From: an uncultured archaeon
Lineage (GTDB): Archaea > Thermoproteota > EX4484-205 > JAAOZP01
DNA length: 64,000 bases
Assembly (NCBI GenBank): GCA_938045545.1
Contig: CALIBN010000012.1
Coordinates: 1 to 64,000, forward strand
Direction: 5' to 3'
The stretch's first letter is position 1; the number at the start of each line of letters is the position of its first letter. Shown in pieces: positions 10,239-19,808 of the stretch. A program made the translations under genes and the position numbers. The notes beneath the pieces are model-generated. The model was not told the origin of the DNA. It made no database searches and saw only the letters and a program-made list of their open reading frames with translations.

Positions 10239-10465
10239 AAGACACGTTGATGGGCAGCTTCGAATTCAAAACAGTGAAAATAGCCTGTTGGTAAAATCTT
10301 CCTAAATCCTCTTTTTTTCTCCGTAAAAACCCGTATTAATTATTATTTTTGTTACCTAATAAACGGAGAATTTATATCCTCTTTATAAATACCCCGCTTG
10401 AATATTTAAAATATTGGTTTTCTAGACTTTATGGTTTAGGGGTGTTTTATTAGGGTTGAGAGGAA

Positions 10466-10505
10466 TTAGTGCGCACTAAGAAAATTTTTAAACACATGTG
10501 TGCAC
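10466..10505 (+). promoter_or_regulatory. palindromes around the TATA box of vapBC
   Basis: Perfect TTAGTGCGCACTAA at 10466-10479, TTTTTAAA box, then ACACATGTGT and GTGCAC just before ATG 10515. Confidence 0.55.
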
Positions 10506-10514
10506 TTATAAATT

Positions 10515-10730
10515 ATGGTTAAGACTATCACTATAAACGACGAGGCCTACAGGGCTTTGGCCGAGCTTAAGGGAGAGGGTGAGAGCTTTAGCGAGGTTAT
10601 AATCAGGATTCTTAAGGGGAGGAGGGTTAATCTGGGGGATTTCTACGGAGTGTTTCGCGATAATGCGGATCTCTGGCTGAGGATTGAGAGGGAGATTCTG
10701 GAGGGTAGGAGGAGGGCTTCTTTGCGATGA
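10515..10730 (+). CDS. vapB: VapB antitoxin (DUF217-like)
   Basis: KTITINDEAYRALAELKGEGESFSEVIIR. Confidence 0.9.
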   Translation: MVKTITINDEAYRALAELKGEGESFSEVIIRILKGRRVNLGDFYGVFRDNADLWLRIEREILEGRRRASLR

Positions 10731-11134
10731 GGCTGCTGGATACTTCGGCTATAATTAGTGTTCTGAGGGGGGATGCTGAGGCTAAGAGTATTCTGGGGAA
10801 GCCTGCTGAGGAGGGGCTTTGCACGACGACGATAACGCGTTTCGAGCTTTTCTCCAGAATATACCATAGGGGGCTTCTAAGGGAGGGGAGGGTGGTTAGG
10901 AGGCTGGTTAAGGGCCTGGTTCTCTTGCCGTTTGACGAGGAGTCTTCGGAGAAGGCTGCTGAAATCATGGGGTTCTTGCTTAGGGCGGGCAAGGCTGTCA
11001 ACGTTATTGATGTTTTGATCGCCGGCATCGCTGTGGCTAACGGCGTTGAAGAGATAGTGACGAGGGACAGGGATTTCAAGACTATTGAAGATATTTACGG
11101 CCATATGAAAGTAGTTTTGCTTGCTGGAGACTAA
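10727..11134 (+). CDS. vapC: VapC PIN-domain toxin
   Basis: LLDTS, E, DVLIAGIA, TRDRDF; ATGA overlap with the antitoxin. Confidence 0.92.
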   Translation: MRLLDTSAIISVLRGDAEAKSILGKPAEEGLCTTTITRFELFSRIYHRGLLREGRVVRRLVKGLVLLPFDEESSEKAAEIMGFLLRAGKAVNVIDVLIAGIAVANGVEEIVTRDRDFKTIEDIYGHMKVVLLAGD

Positions 11135-11160
11135 TTCTTCTTTGAAGAGAATGCGTACGC

Positions 11161-11233
11161 TATTTTTGGCTAGGATAACTGATGCTACTACGTTTAGGAT
11201 TTCTACTATTGGTTTTTCCGCTTCTGCTTGCAT
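11161..11233 (-). pseudogene. orphan 5' fragment of a tbp allele (MQAEAEKPIVEILNVVASVIL)
   Basis: 11170-11219 matches tbp 8031-8080 at 48/50 nt. Confidence 0.85.
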
Positions 11234-11308
11234 GCCAAGCGCGAATCGAAAGGTTCGTGATCACCGGCACGGGTAAAAATTTATATAAAAGATAAGGGTT
11301 ATTCACAT

Positions 11309-13609
11309 ATGAGAAAAGTAGTCTTATTCTACTTTCTTCTCTTTACTATCGGCTTCACTGGTTGCGTTTTCCTGTATTCTTCTCCAGGGCCTGGTCTCTG
11401 CACGGCCAGCCTCCAGCCAGTGGCGGATACATATGCTGCGCAAAATAATCCGAATGTGAACTACGGGTCTGAAACGTCGCTCATAGTTTCTCCGGGCTTA
11501 AAGGCTGTTTGCAGGACGTTGGTCAGGTTTGACTTGGCGCAAATACCGCCTGGCTCGAAGCTTGCCGGTGCTCAGCTTAAGCTCTACGTGGCCCGAACCG
11601 GGTATGCGGCTGGCAGGGGGACGTATGAATGCTACTTGCTGGATAGGGACTGGGCTGAAAGAACTGTGACTTGGAATAGTCAACCCGGCTCTGTCTCCGG
11701 GTTCGCCGTCTATTCAACAGTCCCAGCTGCCGGCAGCTGGATGACGTGGAACGTTGCATCATCAGTCAGCCAAATCCTAGCGGGAACCAGGTCCAACTTC
11801 GGATGGGGCGTAAGAGACCAGGCTGAGGATATGCGTGCTGAAATTGTTCCTTCAACCGTCTTCCCCTCCAAGGAAAACCCGACTAACAAGCCTATTCTTG
11901 AAATCTCGTTCTACCCGCCTAAGCTGGCAATATCCGGGCCTGCCTCAGGCTTTGTCGAAACATGGGTTAAGCTAACGGTTGAAAGAAGGGATGCTGACAA
12001 CCAGCCAATAACCCGGGGTGATCTCAGGGTTCAGCTTTCGTCCAGCTCAGCCTCAGCAAGGTTTGCGCTGTCTGAAGGAGGCTCGCAGATAACAGAGCTG
12101 ACCATTCCTAACGGGGCTTCGAAGAAAGACTTCTACTATTACGACACTAAGGTTGGTTCAGCCACGATAACCGCTGACACTAACCAGTATAGGGCTGATT
12201 ACTATGAGGAGGGCCGCTTCAGCATCACTCTTGGGGCTAGGGATGTTGAGGGGCCTAAGGTAACCATAAGGGCTATTCCGGAGAAAGTAAAAGACAAGGA
12301 GAGCGTGAGGGTGGTCGTCGATGCCTCGGACCCGAGCGGAATAAAAAAAGTCATGGTCATACAGCGGGGGATCGCGTTGGGCGGAAGCCCATGGGAGCAG
12401 CCCCTATTCATGGAGGCTTACACAGACCCTCTACAGGCAAGCTTCCATAGGGAGGTTGAGTCCGGACCGTTCCCCGGCATGCGGATGGTAGAGTTCGAAG
12501 CTGAGGCAATGGACAAGTATGGAAACATAGGGAGGAGTTCAACGAGCGTCACTATAATTCATCCCCCTCCGAAGAGGACCTGTGGATGCAGGATAAGCTA
12601 TTCGTTGAAAACGAAGGACGTTAAGGTTTGGACCCAGTGGGACTCAATCGCAACCGGCGATGTGGTCGGCGATGGAAGAGACGAGGTTATCGTGGCTCAG
12701 GATGACGAGGGTGGCAGACTGTTTGTCTACACGTGGAACGCTGAGGAAAATGCTCTCGAGCCGATGAAATTCTCGGGCAAAGCATTCACTAAGGTCAGAT
12801 TCACGCATTACGACAGGATGGCGGTTGGTAACGTGATGGGCGACGAGAAGGACGAGATCCTTATCGCAATAGACGAAGATGGAAAAGCGGGAATAATAGA
12901 CATCTACCAGGTTAAGCAGGCTGCTGACGGCTGTGAGCTCACCCTTGTTTCAAGCATAGACTTAGACGCGTTTGGATGTAAATTCACGCATTTCGACGCC
13001 CTCCTCGTGGGCAACGTTTTCAACGACGATAAGCAGGATGAAATAATTCTAGTGAGGGATGATGATGACAAGCTATTCGTCTTCGACCCTACTGCAACAG
13101 GCTCTTTCACCATGCATACTTTTACAGTGCCCGCGGGCTTCGACGAGTTCAGGTATACCGGGGAAACTGATAATGAGAATGATGATGACAACGGTCATGA
13201 TGAGATAGCTGTCGCCAACCTCTTTGGAGACGATGCTGAGGAGATAGTTTATGCGCCCAACCATGAGGATAAGCTGTACGTTTTCTCCTTCAAGCAATCG
13301 GGAGGAGCATGGGTGATGGAAGTGGCGTACAGGCTCCCTGTCGAATTCACGAAATACGATGCCATGAGCGTTGGCGACGTGCTTGGAGACCCTAGGCCTG
13401 AAATACTTTTCTTCAGGGATGATGACAGGGTCGTGCTGATATACGATGTCTTCCTTGGGCCGATAAAGCTTCAATACATCTTCTACTCCAAGTATGACGG
13501 CGTCGCAACCGGGGATGTAGTAGGACTGGGTAAGGGGCAGATACTGGTTGCTACGGACGACGAGAACGATATTCGCCTAGCATACTCGGAGGAACTCTGG
13601 GAGGGTTGA
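11309..13609 (+). CDS. secreted protein: DNRLRE/CBM96-like domain, Ig-like domains, six FG-GAP-like Ca-binding repeats
   Basis: Signal peptide; ADTY...NYG...LVRFDL...VTWNSQP; repeats such as IATGDVVGDGRDEVIVAQDD. Confidence 0.8.
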   Translation: MRKVVLFYFLLFTIGFTGCVFLYSSPGPGLCTASLQPVADTYAAQNNPNVNYGSETSLIVSPGLKAVCRTLVRFDLAQIPPGSKLAGAQLKLYVARTGYAAGRGTYECYLLDRDWAERTVTWNSQPGSVSGFAVYSTVPAAGSWMTWNVASSVSQILAGTRSNFGWGVRDQAEDMRAEIVPSTVFPSKENPTNKPILEISFYPPKLAISGPASGFVETWVKLTVERRDADNQPITRGDLRVQLSSSSASARFALSEGGSQITELTIPNGASKKDFYYYDTKVGSATITADTNQYRADYYEEGRFSITLGARDVEGPKVTIRAIPEKVKDKESVRVVVDASDPSGIKKVMVIQRGIALGGSPWEQPLFMEAYTDPLQASFHREVESGPFPGMRMVEFEAEAMDKYGNIGRSSTSVTIIHPPPKRTCGCRISYSLKTKDVKVWTQWDSIATGDVVGDGRDEVIVAQDDEGGRLFVYTWNAEENALEPMKFSGKAFTKVRFTHYDRMAVGNVMGDEKDEILIAIDEDGKAGIIDIYQVKQAADGCELTLVSSIDLDAFGCKFTHFDALLVGNVFNDDKQDEIILVRDDDDKLFVFDPTATGSFTMHTFTVPAGFDEFRYTGETDNENDDDNGHDEIAVANLFGDDAEEIVYAPNHEDKLYVFSFKQSGGAWVMEVAYRLPVEFTKYDAMSVGDVLGDPRPEILFFRDDDRVVLIYDVFLGPIKLQYIFYSKYDGVATGDVVGLGKGQILVATDDENDIRLAYSEELWEG

Positions 13610-13612
13610 AAA

Positions 13613-15910
13613 ATGGAGAGTAGAAAGATATTCTCAATCATTATCCTGCTGTTGATACTGACTGCAGGCACACCCGGCTCTTCACCGGGACGAATAAGAG
13701 TATTAGGCAGCCCGGCTGGAGGTCCTGATCTGAAGGTTGACAGTGCAGTCTTCTTTCCACAACCCGTCGCCGGGCTAAGAACAAGGATGATTGTAACCGT
13801 AAGCAACAAGGGTAGTCCTGTTAAACAGCTGTTCTGGGTGTCAGTAAAATGGGGCGGATGCCAGCTTGTCAACGGTACGTATGGGCTTGACGGTGGGGCA
13901 ACAGCCAGTATTCTGTTCTATCCCCTGTTTCTACAGGCGGGGAAATACTCGCTTGAAGTGACTGTGGATCCCTACGGGGAGGTTATGGAGACGGATGAAA
14001 CGAATAACGTTCTAGTGCTTTGGCAGGAGGTTATACTTCCTAAAGCCGGGGGCGTGAAAGCTCCTCCTACTGAACTGGATTTTGAAAGCGAGGAAGCAGT
14101 ATGGGGTTATATTGGTAATCTGCCGAGTGGAGAACCATCTATGCATGCACTGCCTGACTACGTTTTAATGGGAAGGCTCGACCCCAATGATCCGAACTCG
14201 CCCTTCGAAGCGCAGGGAGAAACGAGTGCCTGCGGCACCACATCGCTGGCTGGTATACTGAGATACTTGTCCAAGAAGGATTCCAGCGTTTACAATCACA
14301 ATATCATAGATACGTGGGTCAGGGGGGGAGGTGAGATTGATGTATACAGTGAAGGTTTCTCTCTCGCAGACTACGCTAGAGGTAAAGGCTTCGAGGCGAG
14401 AGTATACGTGGATGGAACCTTCGAAGACGTAAAACGGTTTATCGACATGGGGATACCTGTGGAGATGTGTATAACGACTGACGGAAGCCACGATGAGATG
14501 AACGTTCTCAATGGCCACTGGATCGTTGCAGTATGCTACTGGGAGGATATGAACTACGGCACCATGATCGGCTACTATAATCCTTGGGGCCACTTGAGCG
14601 CGATTCCCCAGAGAAGGTTCGAACTATACTGGACAGAGCAAAACCTTCTGGGGATAACGCTGTGGAACAGGTTTTACGTCGCGATATGCAACAAACCAGC
14701 TCCCCCAGATATGCCTCCCAGCAACGCGGGTGCTCTTGAGAAATATCATGGTGCACTCGTAGAGGGTGTCAGCATTTTTTTAAACGAATTAGGCTCAAGC
14801 ATCAGGATGATAAAGTCTGGTGATGCAGGAGAAAAGATAAAGGGCTTAGGGCTCCTAATCGGGACCGTGATTTTTGGCTCCATGCTTCTTATTCCCGTCT
14901 CGCTGACGCTTGTTGCCGAATGGGTTTGGGAAGGAATAAAGGCGGCTGCTGAATTGATTTGGGAAGGGATAAAGGCTTTAGGCTGCAAGCTGTTCGGCTG
15001 GGGTTGCAAGAGTAAGAAAGAGTATTTCTACTATTTCTACTCGTCAAGTCCCTCTTGCGAATGCTCCAGTCTTTTAAACGACATGGTTAGGGTCGAGGCA
15101 GTCGGATACATATTCACCTCCCAGGTTGGAGACGCTGTTCCAGTCTACGAGTATGCTGAGGTGGATGAGCAGACCCGCGAGGTGATAAGATACTTCGTGT
15201 CGACAGACCCTAATTTGCCGGAGACTGGAGCCCCTGGTGTCAGAAGGTTCCTCTACGGGAGGCTCGGTTATCTTAATAAATCTGAGATCCAGGGGGTTCC
15301 AAACGAGAAGCTGGTTGATTATCTTAAAACGTATGGAATTGACTACGACGCATCTGTCTCAAACCTGTGGGTTTCCCAGTACTATCTGGAGGGTTCAAAA
15401 ATACTGTGGATGTTCAATATGACCAGTGAAACGTCTTGGCGCGCTTTCCTCAGCCCAGATGAAGCCGGAGGCACCAAGACTTTTCCGTACGTGGCTGTTG
15501 ACTATAAGGGGGAGAGCAGGGGGTATCACTTCACCAGGGACTACGTTGTCGGCTACGTGCATTACAACCATCTCCGGGGAACGGCGCCTCTCTACAGGTT
15601 TTACGACCCTGATAAGGAAGAGTTCTACCTCACTACTGATTTAAACGATGAGCCGAAGGAGCTCCGCCCTGTTAGGGAAATGGTTTTCTCCGGCGTGGTC
15701 GGGTATGTTTTTCTCGAGCAGAAGCCTGGTACTGTACCGCTTTACAAGTATCATGCTCATGAAAAGGGGGCGCACTACCTTTTCACCACGAAGGAGATTG
15801 AGTCTGACAAGTTCACCCGGCTCGGCGTAATCGGCTACGTGTACGAGTACGAGGAGGATTGCACCGTACCGCTCTGGCTCTTCTGCTTCAGACAGGTGAA
15901 GGAGGAGTGA
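13613..15910 (+). CDS. secreted CARDB plus C39-like cysteine peptidase plus DUF5648-like repeat protein
   Basis: Signal peptide; PDLKV...VDPYGEVMETDETNN; QGETSACG / GHW / YYNPWG catalytic pattern; PLYRFY..FYLTT..GVVGYV repeats. Confidence 0.75.
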   Translation: MESRKIFSIIILLLILTAGTPGSSPGRIRVLGSPAGGPDLKVDSAVFFPQPVAGLRTRMIVTVSNKGSPVKQLFWVSVKWGGCQLVNGTYGLDGGATASILFYPLFLQAGKYSLEVTVDPYGEVMETDETNNVLVLWQEVILPKAGGVKAPPTELDFESEEAVWGYIGNLPSGEPSMHALPDYVLMGRLDPNDPNSPFEAQGETSACGTTSLAGILRYLSKKDSSVYNHNIIDTWVRGGGEIDVYSEGFSLADYARGKGFEARVYVDGTFEDVKRFIDMGIPVEMCITTDGSHDEMNVLNGHWIVAVCYWEDMNYGTMIGYYNPWGHLSAIPQRRFELYWTEQNLLGITLWNRFYVAICNKPAPPDMPPSNAGALEKYHGALVEGVSIFLNELGSSIRMIKSGDAGEKIKGLGLLIGTVIFGSMLLIPVSLTLVAEWVWEGIKAAAELIWEGIKALGCKLFGWGCKSKKEYFYYFYSSSPSCECSSLLNDMVRVEAVGYIFTSQVGDAVPVYEYAEVDEQTREVIRYFVSTDPNLPETGAPGVRRFLYGRLGYLNKSEIQGVPNEKLVDYLKTYGIDYDASVSNLWVSQYYLEGSKILWMFNMTSETSWRAFLSPDEAGGTKTFPYVAVDYKGESRGYHFTRDYVVGYVHYNHLRGTAPLYRFYDPDKEEFYLTTDLNDEPKELRPVREMVFSGVVGYVFLEQKPGTVPLYKYHAHEKGAHYLFTTKEIESDKFTRLGVIGYVYEYEEDCTVPLWLFCFRQVKEE

Positions 15911-15928
15911 TTCCGGAGGCTGGGGAAA

Positions 15929-16369
15929 ATGGTTCGTGAGAAGTTTGCAAAGGGAACACTGGGTTTCGGAATCCTGGTTACGCTTCTATTCATAGTGGTT
16001 TCCAACATGGTGGCGATATTCCTGAGTCTCTACCTGTTGGTCTTAATCATGCCGATCCTAGCGGGGCTCGTAATAGGATTCTACGCGAAGGGGAACAGTT
16101 TGGCCAAGGGGAAAGCTGGCTTCAAGGGGGTTTTCGCCGCCACGCTCATACTACTCCTCTTGTCCGCGCCGGTCATCATAATGGCTTTTTCAGAGATAGT
16201 AGCGTTATGGACCGCCATTCCGTTGATCCTACTAGCGGTTTCTCCAATCGTGATGGGGCTTCTGGGCTTCGTCGGAGGCTTGATGAGCGGGATGTTAATA
16301 AAGCTGGCTAAGCGGCCTAAATACGCGGAGGAGCTTCCACCACCTCCACCTCAGGCTCCATCAACATAG
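15929..16369 (+). CDS. small multi-pass membrane protein with poly-Pro tail
   Basis: About 4 hydrophobic segments; PPPPPQAP end; co-oriented with the two genes upstream. Confidence 0.75.
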   Translation: MVREKFAKGTLGFGILVTLLFIVVSNMVAIFLSLYLLVLIMPILAGLVIGFYAKGNSLAKGKAGFKGVFAATLILLLLSAPVIIMAFSEIVALWTAIPLILLAVSPIVMGLLGFVGGLMSGMLIKLAKRPKYAEELPPPPPQAPST

Positions 16370-16551
16370 CTAACTAAACAATCTGGGGAAACTAGGCTTT
16401 AGAATTAGGGTTTGCGCGCCGGGTTTTACCCTCTTTTCCTAAGTTTTATTGGTTTTCTTCTCTATCGGCTTTTTCTCTAGGTTTTTTAAGCTGATTGCTT
16501 CTATCCTTCATCTTTTTCCGCTTTTCGTTCAGCTTCCGACTTGCAGCTTAG

Positions 16552-17004
16552 TTAAGGTGTTAGCTGGTCTGGCGTTATGATTGTGTCTTTCAAACCCTTC
16601 ACACGTATGAATTCCCTTAGCTCTTTATCTAATGTGAGCAGTTTCAGGTTGAAATGGGCTGAGCTTGCGTAGAGTAGGTTGTCAACCATATCTCTGTGGC
16701 CTAGTGAGTAAAGCCTTAGGGCCTCGTTGAAGACTTGAGGATCCTCCTTGACTTCCCCGTACCTGCCGCTCTCCATGATGCTTCTCAGCCCCGTGTTGAA
16801 AGCATCGTCTACGACTCCGCCTGTTAGCTTGGCTACCACCCAGAGTGCCTCTAATATGCTGAAGCGTGAGTAGAGTGTTTCTACACCAGTTTCCGCAAGC
16901 TTCTTTAAGCCTTCAACAGCCTCTCTTCCAACATCGATCCCGAGGGAGGGGAGTATGAAGGATGTATCAAGCAGGATTCTCAGTCTGTTTTGCCTGCTCC
17001 TCAA
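16552..17004 (-). CDS. vapC: VapC PIN-domain toxin
   Basis: ILLDTS, SILE, DMVDNLLYAS, LTLD. Confidence 0.88.
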   Translation of the reverse strand: MRSRQNRLRILLDTSFILPSLGIDVGREAVEGLKKLAETGVETLYSRFSILEALWVVAKLTGGVVDDAFNTGLRSIMESGRYGEVKEDPQVFNEALRLYSLGHRDMVDNLLYASSAHFNLKLLTLDKELREFIRVKGLKDTIITPDQLTP

Positions 17005-17221
17005 GGCTTATCGCCTCTACTTCCTCAGGCTTTATTGAAACGAATTTCTTCCCGACTGTGGCAAGCTCTATGGGGTCGCGGATTATTTCCAAGATTATGC
17101 TTTCTCCCGAGACTCTGAGCATCACCCTATCACCCTCCTTTATGCCGATGGCCTTTGCGACGGCCTTAGGAAGGTAGATAGCGTATTTTTTTCCGATACG
17201 CGTTTCTACAGTCAGACTCAC
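16967..17221 (-). CDS. AbrB/MazE-type antitoxin
   Basis: RIGKKYAIYLPKAVAKAIGIKEGD. Confidence 0.9.
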   Translation of the reverse strand: MSLTVETRIGKKYAIYLPKAVAKAIGIKEGDRVMLRVSGESIILEIIRDPIELATVGKKFVSIKPEEVEAISLEEQAKQTENPA

Positions 17222-17248
17222 TCGCTTTTCACCAGTTTATTTATTATG

Positions 17249-17277
17249 AATCAGATTTAAAAAGATATCTCTGATTA
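17249..17277 (-). promoter_or_regulatory. inverted repeat spanning the TATA box of abrB-vapC (putative operator)
   Basis: AATCAGA-tttaaaaagatatc-TCTGATT; partly retained in the degenerate copy near 19310-19327. Confidence 0.5.
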
Positions 17278-17439
17278 ATTCTGAAAAATCTGAAAAAAAC
17301 GGGTGTCCTTTAAAGCAGTTTTGGGCGTTTTCTCTAGGTTTTTATGTTTTTCATCGGTTTTGACTTCCTGATAGAATGTATTTTCATGGTTATCATAAAT
17401 GATAACTTTAAATATACGAAAACTGCTGCTTCGATTCTT

Positions 17440-18156
17440 GTGAGAAGCGAGAGGCTCATCAGGATGCTGCGGGATTCTAGGCTTAGTGTTTTTTCTCTAG
17501 GCGATCTGGTGAGGATTTTGAATAAGGATGAGGGTTATGTCAAGGTTTTGCTGAATAGGCTTGTGGAGAGAGGTCTTCTGGTTAGGGTTGAGAGGAACAA
17601 GTATTCGCTTCCGGGTCAGAGTGTTTTCAGCGTTGCTTCTCTTCTTGTTTTCCCTTCCTACGTTTCCTTTATTTCAGCGTATTCTTACTATGGTTTGACT
17701 GTGCAGATTCCTTCAACGGTTTTCGTCGTCTGCTTGAGGCAGAGGAAGGAGGTTTTCTATGAGGGGTGCCGGGTTAGGTTCGTTAAGTTTTCTAGGAGAA
17801 GGTTCTTCGGGTACTTGAAGGAGTATGTGGAGGGTAAGACGGTTTTTATCGCTGAGGTTGAGAAGGCTGTTCTGGATAGTCTGCTGCTGCCGAGGTATTG
17901 TCCTGTGTCTGAAACTTTTTCAGCGTTGAGGGAGGCTGGGTTGAACCGTGAGAGGCTTCTGGAGTATGCTGTGAGGCTCGGCTCGAGGGTGGTGGTAAAG
18001 AGGCTTGGATACTTGCTGGAGCTTGCCGGCCTGGATGTTTACCCTTTTTTGAAAAGCCTTGTCGATAAGAATTATGAGCTGCTTAATCCTCTTAAGCCTT
18101 CTGTTGGCGAGAGGGTTGAGAAGTGGAGGCTCATTGTTAACGAGGTGCTTGAGTAA
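17440..18156 (+). CDS. AbiEi-type (type IV TA) antitoxin / transcriptional regulator
   Basis: N-terminal wHTH, PSYVSFISAYSYYGLTVQIP, EKAVLDSL, KRLGYLLE; GTG start after TTTAAATA. Confidence 0.88.
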   Translation: MRSERLIRMLRDSRLSVFSLGDLVRILNKDEGYVKVLLNRLVERGLLVRVERNKYSLPGQSVFSVASLLVFPSYVSFISAYSYYGLTVQIPSTVFVVCLRQRKEVFYEGCRVRFVKFSRRRFFGYLKEYVEGKTVFIAEVEKAVLDSLLLPRYCPVSETFSALREAGLNRERLLEYAVRLGSRVVVKRLGYLLELAGLDVYPFLKSLVDKNYELLNPLKPSVGERVEKWRLIVNEVLE

Positions 18157-18911
18157 TGCTTGACAGGGGGAGGCTTCAGGAGTTAACCAGGGTTTCCGGC
18201 TTTAGCCTTTGGCAGACGGAGAAGGATTACCTGCAGCATGTTTTCCTCTTGTTTCTCTCGGTTGAGTCCAAGGGGGGCTTCGTGTTTAAAGGAGGCACAG
18301 CTCTGCAGAAGGTTTACGGTTTGAACAGGTTCAGCCTGGACTTGGATTTTACTTCTAGAAACAGCAATGAGGAAAGGGTTGTGAAAAGAATAGCAAGTGA
18401 TATTGAGGATTTCGGTTTTCCTGCAGAGTTTTCCAGAGTGGAGAAGTTTAGAGACATAGGTAAAACGCTGGTCTTAAGGATCCGTGGTCCTCTTTTCGAC
18501 GGTTCTGACAGGAGCATAACCCTGCTGAGGATTGAGATCAGCCTGAGGAGAGACCTTGTTTTGGAGCCGGAGGTAAAGGAGGTTGTGCCGATATATCCTG
18601 ATGTGAGGCCATACTTGTTGCAGGTGATGAGGCTGGAGGAGATTCTCGCTGAGAAAGTAAGGGCGATTTTTCACCGGGGGAGGGCTAGCGACCTTTATGA
18701 CCTCTGGTTTCTAGCTAGGAAAGGAGTGAAAATGGATTTGGAGCTGGTTAACGCTAAATTAAGCTATTATAAGATGGTTTTCAGCGGGGAGGAGTTTAGA
18801 AGAAAGGTCATGGGGATGGAGAACACATGGTTGGAGGAATTGAAACCAGTAGTAACCTTCGTTCCACATTTTAAAACGGTTATAAGAGATATCGAGGTTT
18901 TTCTTCGATGA
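18156..18911 (+). CDS. AbiEii nucleotidyltransferase toxin
   Basis: EKDY, FKGGTAL, RFSLDLDF, EEILAEKVRA, DLYDL. Confidence 0.92.
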   Translation: MLDRGRLQELTRVSGFSLWQTEKDYLQHVFLLFLSVESKGGFVFKGGTALQKVYGLNRFSLDLDFTSRNSNEERVVKRIASDIEDFGFPAEFSRVEKFRDIGKTLVLRIRGPLFDGSDRSITLLRIEISLRRDLVLEPEVKEVVPIYPDVRPYLLQVMRLEEILAEKVRAIFHRGRASDLYDLWFLARKGVKMDLELVNAKLSYYKMVFSGEEFRRKVMGMENTWLEELKPVVTFVPHFKTVIRDIEVFLR

Positions 18912-18952
18912 TATGAATGCTAATACTGGTTTACTAGGTTTAAACAGGGTTA

Positions 18953-19328
18953 GCGCGCGAGTAAAGTATTTCTGCATCGGTCTCCGCAAGCTTCCTTAAG
19001 CCGTGGACAACCTCTTTTCCAACGTCGATCCCTAGTATGGGAGTATGAGGAAGTGTCAAGCAGTATTCTTAGCTTGTTCTTCAGGGCTTATCGCCTCGAT
19101 TTCTTCCGGCTTAACCGAGGCAAACTTCTTCCGGTTAAGGCAGCTCTATTAGGTTAAGGATTACCTCTGGGATGATGTCTTCCCGCGTGACTCTGAGCAT
19201 TACTCTATCTCCCTCTTTATGCCGACTGCCTTGGCAAGTATATGGCGTGTTTTTCCCGACTGTGTCTCAACGGTCAGATTCATTAAGTTTCACCAGTTTC
19301 AATAGACTTGAAAAGTATCTCTGATTAG
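18953..19328 (-). pseudogene. degenerate copy of abrB, the 5' part of vapC and their promoter
   Basis: Aligns by eye with ~16863-17278, with many indels. Confidence 0.85.
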
Positions 19329-19343
19329 CCTATTGTTTTCACC

Positions 19344-19808
19344 CTACGTTAAGCGGCGTTCATCGGGTAGATGTTCTCGGTTAAAACGTCTATGCTCAAT
19401 CATCATGCACCTATCCATTATTACTTTTAAGCCGGTTTTCTCCGCTAATTCAGCAGCCTGCACGTTGACTACGCCTAACTGCATCCATATGAAGAGAGGC
19501 TTACCGTGTTTTTGCTTTAGACGAATCGCCTGCTCAACGATTGGAAGAACTTCTTGAGATGGTCTGAAGATGTCGACGACTTCAATGGTCTTTTGGACTT
19601 CCTCTGGGATTTCAAGCAAGTTTTTGTAACACTTCTCGCCCAAGACTTCGTCCGCAAAAGGGTTGATGGGAACGATACGGTATCCGTTTGCTTTCAGATA
19701 TTTAGCCACCTTATGGCTGTCTTTATTCGGCTCCCTTGATATTCCCACTATAACGATCGTTTTACATTCAAGGGCCGACTTTATCTTTTCATCTATCGAT
19801 GTTTCCAA
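19344..19808 (-). CDS. CoA-binding protein (YccU-like)
   Basis: IVIVGIS...VAKYL...PINP, VDIFRPS, WMQLG, DRCMMIEH. Confidence 0.9.
   Translation of the reverse strand: METSIDEKIKSALECKTIVIVGISREPNKDSHKVAKYLKANGYRIVPINPFADEVLGEKCYKNLLEIPEEVQKTIEVVDIFRPSQEVLPIVEQAIRLKQKHGKPLFIWMQLGVVNVQAAELAEKTGLKVIMDRCMMIEHRRFNREHLPDERRLT

Noticed and set aside
10877-11233. 118 aa ORF as a second TBP
   Set aside because: Only the first ~21 residues are TBP-like; the rest is antisense to vapC
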